Of a DNA stretch of 25,258 bases, positions 20,957-25,258 are shown piece after piece. Under the pieces are notes generated by a model. That model ran no database searches. It was given only the letters and a program-made list of their open reading frames with translations, and was not told the origin of the DNA. The translations under genes and the position numbers were made by a program. Source of the DNA: Elusimicrobiota bacterium (GTDB lineage: Bacteria > Elusimicrobiota > Elusimicrobia > UBA1565). Where the stretch lies: positions 1 to 25,258 of the forward strand of contig JBDREN010000069.1 of NCBI GenBank assembly GCA_043819795.1, given 5' to 3'. Each line of letters opens with the position of its first letter. Position 1 is the stretch's first letter.

Positions 20957-23900
20957 GACGACGAGAATCCGGCACGCTTTGAGCCTGGGCCTGCGGGCGG
21001 CGTGCATCGCGGGTCTCTTGCACACCAGCGGCCTGGCCCAGGCCGTTCCACCTTGGATGAACTTCCAGGGCAGGGTCCTGATCGCCGGTCAGGCCTTCGA
21101 CGGAAGCAAGGACATGGCCTTCCGAATATTCGGCTCGGAAGCCGGCGCCGACGTCCTTTGGTCGGAGACCCAATCGGCGGTCCCCGTGGACAACGGGGTG
21201 TTCTCCGTACGGCTGGGCTCCCAGACGCCCTTAGACGACGCGATCTTCGCCGCGCCGAGCCTCTATCTCGAGATCGAGGTGGACGGGAAGATCCTTCCCC
21301 CCGCGAGCCGCTCGCGACCAGCCCCTACTCCTTCAACGCCCAGCGCCTGCAGGGGAAGGACCTCAGCGATATCGTGGTCAAGGACGCTTCCGGCAACGTG
21401 GGCATCGGGACGACGAGTCCTGGAACGATGCTTCATATACTCCAAAATGGGAATTATTCCACTTTATCAAGCGGTCCTTTTGGCGGCGGGAGGAGCGCCG
21501 TAGTCCAAGCCCTCGAGCCCGCCTTTACCCTCTCCTCGGACATGAATGGAGCGGGTTGGCACACCGGCACCGAAGCGGCTGTGGGAGGCATGGCCTTCAC
21601 TCACCGTGGCTCTAGTGATTACAACAACCTTCGGGTCGGCACACGGATCGGGGGTGGGCTGTATTTAGTGACGAATAATGCCGACAGGATGGTGATCAAC
21701 ACATCGGGCAACGTCGGCATCGGGACGACGAGCCCATCGTCGAAGCTCGACGTGGCCGGGACGATCAAGGCCACGAGCTTCAGCCTCAACAACGAGACGA
21801 TCACGTCGTGGCCCTCGGGCGGGGAAGGCAGCCTTTGGACGGAGCTCAACTCCAATGTGTACAGGCCGAGCGGCAACGTCGGCATCGGGACGGCGACTCC
21901 CGAGTCGATATTCCACATAGTCAAGAACGGCAATTATTCCACGCTTACAAGCGGCCCGTTCGGCGGCGGGAGGACGGTCGTGGTCCAAGCCCTCGAGCCC
22001 GCTTTCACCCTCTCCTCCGACATGAACGGAGCGGGCATGCACACCGGCACCGAAGCGGCCGTGGGCGGGATGAGCTTCACGCATCGTGGTTCCAGCGACT
22101 ACAACAACCTTCGGATCGGCACACGGATCGGTGGCGGACTGTATTTCGTGACGAGCAATGCCGACAGAATGGCAATCAATACGTCGGGCAACGTCGGCAT
22201 CGGGACGACAAGCCCGGCGGCAAAGCTGGACGTCGCGGGCACGGTCAAGGCGACCTCGTTCGTCGGCGACGGCTCGGGCCTGACCGGAATATCCGGCGGC
22301 GGCCTCTGGACCGAAAGCGGCGGGGACGTCTATAGGGCGAGTGGCAACGTCGGCATCGGAACGAGCCCCGACGCCGATATGAACCTGCATGTCAAGAACG
22401 CCGGGGGGTCAACGGCCCAGATCAAGCTGGAGAATCCCACCGACAACCAGGTCAGATTTTGGATGAAGTCCCCCTCCTACTCCTGGGCCCACGGCGTCCT
22501 CATGTCCAACGGCGGCTCGTACTCCATCAGCAACAGCGCCACCGGAGACATCGGGAGCGACGCCAAGCTCACCATCAAGCAGGACGGGAAGGTCGGCATC
22601 GGCACGACGGGGCCAAGCGCAAAGCTGGACGTTCTCCATGACAGCTCATTCGTTCTTCGTTTGGCACGGACAAATAACGCCCCGCACGTCAAATTCGAGA
22701 ATACGGGTCAAGCCGGCAAGCATGCGGTCATCTTTGGTCAGAATGACCTATTTAGCATACAGAGGAGAGCCGCAGACAACTCGATAGAGGCCATCTGGTT
22801 GTACGGGCTAAGCAACGGCAACGTCGGCATCGGGACGGCGACTCCGACCGCGCGATTGCAGGTGCAGACGCCCGGGGCTTCTCCATTCGAGAGCGGCCTA
22901 CGGATATACAATCCCTACGGCCAGTCCGGAGGCTCAGCCGCGCTTTTGTTCAAGTCCGAGTGGACCGACGGACCCGGTCAGGCGGACCGATATTGGAAAG
23001 CGGGCATCGCCTACGAGGACGCGGGCACCTACGGACGAGGCAACCTGCATTTCCTGCTCGAGGATCAGGCCGATTACGGCGCCGCCGACCTTACAGACTC
23101 GAAGATGATGATAAGCTACGCCGGCAACGTCGGCATCGGGACGGCGACCCCGGGAGCGAGGCTTGAGGTGAACGGCGGAGATTTCATCCTCGACAACACG
23201 GATGGAGGCCTCATGGCCTTCAAGAATTCAGGCACGGCCTACGGCTACATCGGGAACGCCGCCGATCTGATCTCCGGCGCGTCGAACACCGACCTCGCGA
23301 TCCGCGCCAACGTGGGCAAGAACCTGCATTTCTCGATCGACAACATCGCGAAGATGACGTTGTCCAATAACGGCAACTTCGGCGTCGGAACGACGGCCCC
23401 GGCCAACCTCCTGCATGTCGTCGGGGGGGAGCACCAAGGCATCACGGTGAGCGGTTCGCAGACCCCGCGGATCAACCTCGACGCGAACGACGCTTCGGAC
23501 GGGCACGCGGGCTTGTGGTTCATGCAGCAGGGGACGAACATGTGGGAGATGAGGCGATACGCCAGCTCCTATAACACGGCCTCGCTGCAGAACGCCTTCG
23601 AGATTTTCCAGCTGAGGAACAAGTCGGGCTCCGAGATCAACCGGTCCCGGCTGGTCATCGACGACTACGGCAAAGTCGGCATCGGCACAACGAGCCCGGA
23701 CCAGTTCCTGACCGTCAACGGCGACGCCTCGAAGCCGGGAGGCGGGTCCTGGGCCACCTTCTCGGACGAGCGGCTCAAGGACATCAAGGGCGCTTTCGAC
23801 TCCGGCCTCGACGAGGTCCTCAGGCTCAGCCCCGTGCGCTACAGGTACAGCAAGGACAACCCCCTGGGGATCCGCGACCAAGGCGTGCACGTGGGCTTGA

Positions 23901-24073
23901 GCGCCCAGGAGGTCGAGAAGGTCATCCCCGAGGCGGTGAGCACCGGCAGCAAGGGCTACCGCCTGGTGAACAACGATCCGATCGTGTGGGCCATGCTCAA
24001 CGCTATAAAAGAGCAGCAAAGAGAGATCAAATCGCTCCGCGAGGAGATCGAGGAGCTGAAGTCGGAGAGGTAA
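20946..24073 (+). CDS. Phage tail-fibre-like secreted protein (NFQGR domain, 10 GNVGIGT-type modules, C-terminal peptidase S74 chaperone), interrupted by a 1-nt frameshift at 21297-21302
   Basis: ORF 20934-21503 carries the signal peptide and most of the NFQGR domain; ORF 21002-24073 continues the homology (PREPLATSPYSFNAQRLQG) in the -1 frame. SDERLK...GLSAQEV..VIPEAV...NAIKEQQ is the S74 signature. Start 20946 or 20934. Confidence 0.85.
21392..22261 (+). repeat. Internal duplication of a ~130-aa module, period 480 nt
   Basis: 21392-21781 vs 21872-22261: ...VQALEPAFTLSSDMNGAG.HTGTEAAVGGM.FTHRGSSDYNNLR.GTRIGGGLY... in both copies. Confidence 0.95.
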
Positions 24074-24127
24074 GAAGGGCGGCATGTTCGATAGACGGAT
24101 TCCGACAAGGACGGGCCTGAAAGCGGC

Positions 24128-25258
24128 ATGAGACGCCAGGCGCTTCCTTATATATACGCATCCCTGCTCCTGGGAGCCTGGGCGGTCGCCTCCTGGGCCG
24201 CCGGCCCGTTTACCAGCGGCACCGATGAGATCGACATGACGTCCATCAACTCGGGCGGGAGCTCCAAGCCGACCTACTCGGCCGCCGGGGAGCCGACCCT
24301 CGATCTGACCGGCTCGGTGGGCGAAATCGGGGTTTCCACCTTCGAGGGCACCAACGAAACGATCGAGGCCGGGTTGATGAACGCGCTGCCCCCCCCGGCA
24401 CCGCCGCCCGACGCGGACGGCGACGGGGTCCCGGACAGCGCCGACGCCTGCGACAACGCCACGGCGCCCGCCGGGCTAATGAGCTACTGGGGCTTCGAGG
24501 ACGGCTCGGGGACCGCGGCGTCCGATTCCTTCGATGGGAATCCCGGGACGGTCGTTGGCGCGACCTGGACGACCGGCAAAGTGGGCGGCGCTTTGAGTTT
24601 TGACGGCGCGGATGATTACGTCAACACGGCGCCGGATATATTCTCCAAGTCTGATTTCTCGAATGGCGCCACACTTGAGGCTTGGGTATACCCGACGGCG
24701 ACTCCCGCTAATGCCGCGACCGTGCTCGGCATTGAAGGGAGATTCACCATAAACGAAGACTTCGATCACGCCAATAAGTGGTCGGCGACGCTATATGACG
24801 GCGCGAACCACGGCGCCACCGCGGATGGAACGATCTCTGTCAATCAATGGGCGCATCTGGTCGCGGTATGGGACACGACCCGCGTGATCTTGTATGTCGA
24901 TGGAGTCCAACAGGCGGATGTCCCCGCCGTCGCGAACTTCGCGAGCATAGACGTCGTGAGCCGGCCGCTTGATATCGGCGCTTTCGGGGGCGGCCCGAGC
25001 CAGTTCTTTAATGGGCTCATCGACGAGGCCGCGATATACAATAGGGCCCTGACCCCCGCCGAGATCGCCGAGCATTACAGCGCCGGACAGGGCAAGAGCT
25101 ACTGCGAGCCCCCTGCCCCCGACGCGGACGGCGACGGGATCCCGGACGACGCCGACGCCTGCGACGACAACGACGCTCCGGCAGGGCTTGTCAGCTACTG
25201 GGGCTTTGAAGAAGGCTCCGGCGATACGGCCCAGGATTCCTATGATGCGCATCCGGGG
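24128..25258 (+). CDS. Secreted protein with tandem [DADGDG Asp-rich repeat + LamG-like jellyroll] units; 3' truncated by window
   Basis: Hand-translated, open from ATG 24128 to the end: MRRQALPYIYASLLLGAWAVASWA signal; DADGDGVPDSADAC; LMSYWGFEDGSG..GKVGGALSFDG..TLEAWVYP..QWAHLVAVWD..LYVDG..FNGLIDEAAIYNRAL. Second unit starts at 25121 (period 711 nt). Confidence 0.9.
   Translation, partial: MRRQALPYIYASLLLGAWAVASWAAGPFTSGTDEIDMTSINSGGSSKPTYSAAGEPTLDLTGSVGEIGVSTFEGTNETIEAGLMNALPPPAPPPDADGDGVPDSADACDNATAPAGLMSYWGFEDGSGTAASDSFDGNPGTVVGATWTTGKVGGALSFDGADDYVNTAPDIFSKSDFSNGATLEAWVYPTATPANAATVLGIEGRFTINEDFDHANKWSATLYDGANHGATADGTISVNQWAHLVAVWDTTRVILYVDGVQQADVPAVANFASIDVVSRPLDIGAFGGGPSQFFNGLIDEAAIYNRALTPAEIAEHYSAGQGKSYCEPPAPDADGDGIPDDADACDDNDAPAGLVSYWGFEEGSGDTAQDSYDAHPG

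Noticed and set aside
21392..22261. 480-nt-period repeat pair as a diversity-generating retroelement TR/VR
   Set aside because: Differences are mostly third-position and involve all bases, not adenine-specific; both copies are in frame in one gene; no reverse transcriptase in the window.
21707..23143. Recurring 21-mer as a CRISPR array
   Set aside because: Spacing is irregular and long (165-630 nt), the repeats encode GNVGIGT in frame, and there are no cas genes.
19697..24073. Prophage tail region
   Set aside because: Proteins have signal peptides; no integrase, capsid, baseplate or lysis genes in the window.

Overview
GC-rich bacterial chromosomal window; the taxon cannot be fixed from sequence alone. 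1-19.4 kb is mostly housekeeping. On the minus strand: SPFH/stomatin, hemW, PIN-PhoH. On the plus strand: era, a YtxH-type protein, then a long tightly coupled operon (MDR dehydrogenase, ribD, ribE, ribBA, ribH, nusB, PaaI thioesterase, sodium:solute symporter, ligA, purH-like). Converging on it from the minus strand: proline dehydrogenase, a kbl/BioF-family enzyme and a class A beta-lactamase-fold serine hydrolase. From 19.7 kb to the window end is an accessory operon of secreted modular proteins. Two paralogues share a ~104-aa N-terminal 'NFQGR' domain but carry different tips: a fibrinogen-like YCDxxxxGGW domain, or ten GNVGIGT phage-fibre-like modules plus an S74 chaperone. The second paralogue is broken by a 1-nt frameshift in a C6 run. 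A tandem LamG/Asp-repeat protein, missed by the ORF track, follows. Best leads: this modular surface-fibre locus; a full-length PurH with many catalytic motifs replaced in both domains; and palindromic elements, several in-frame inside genes.
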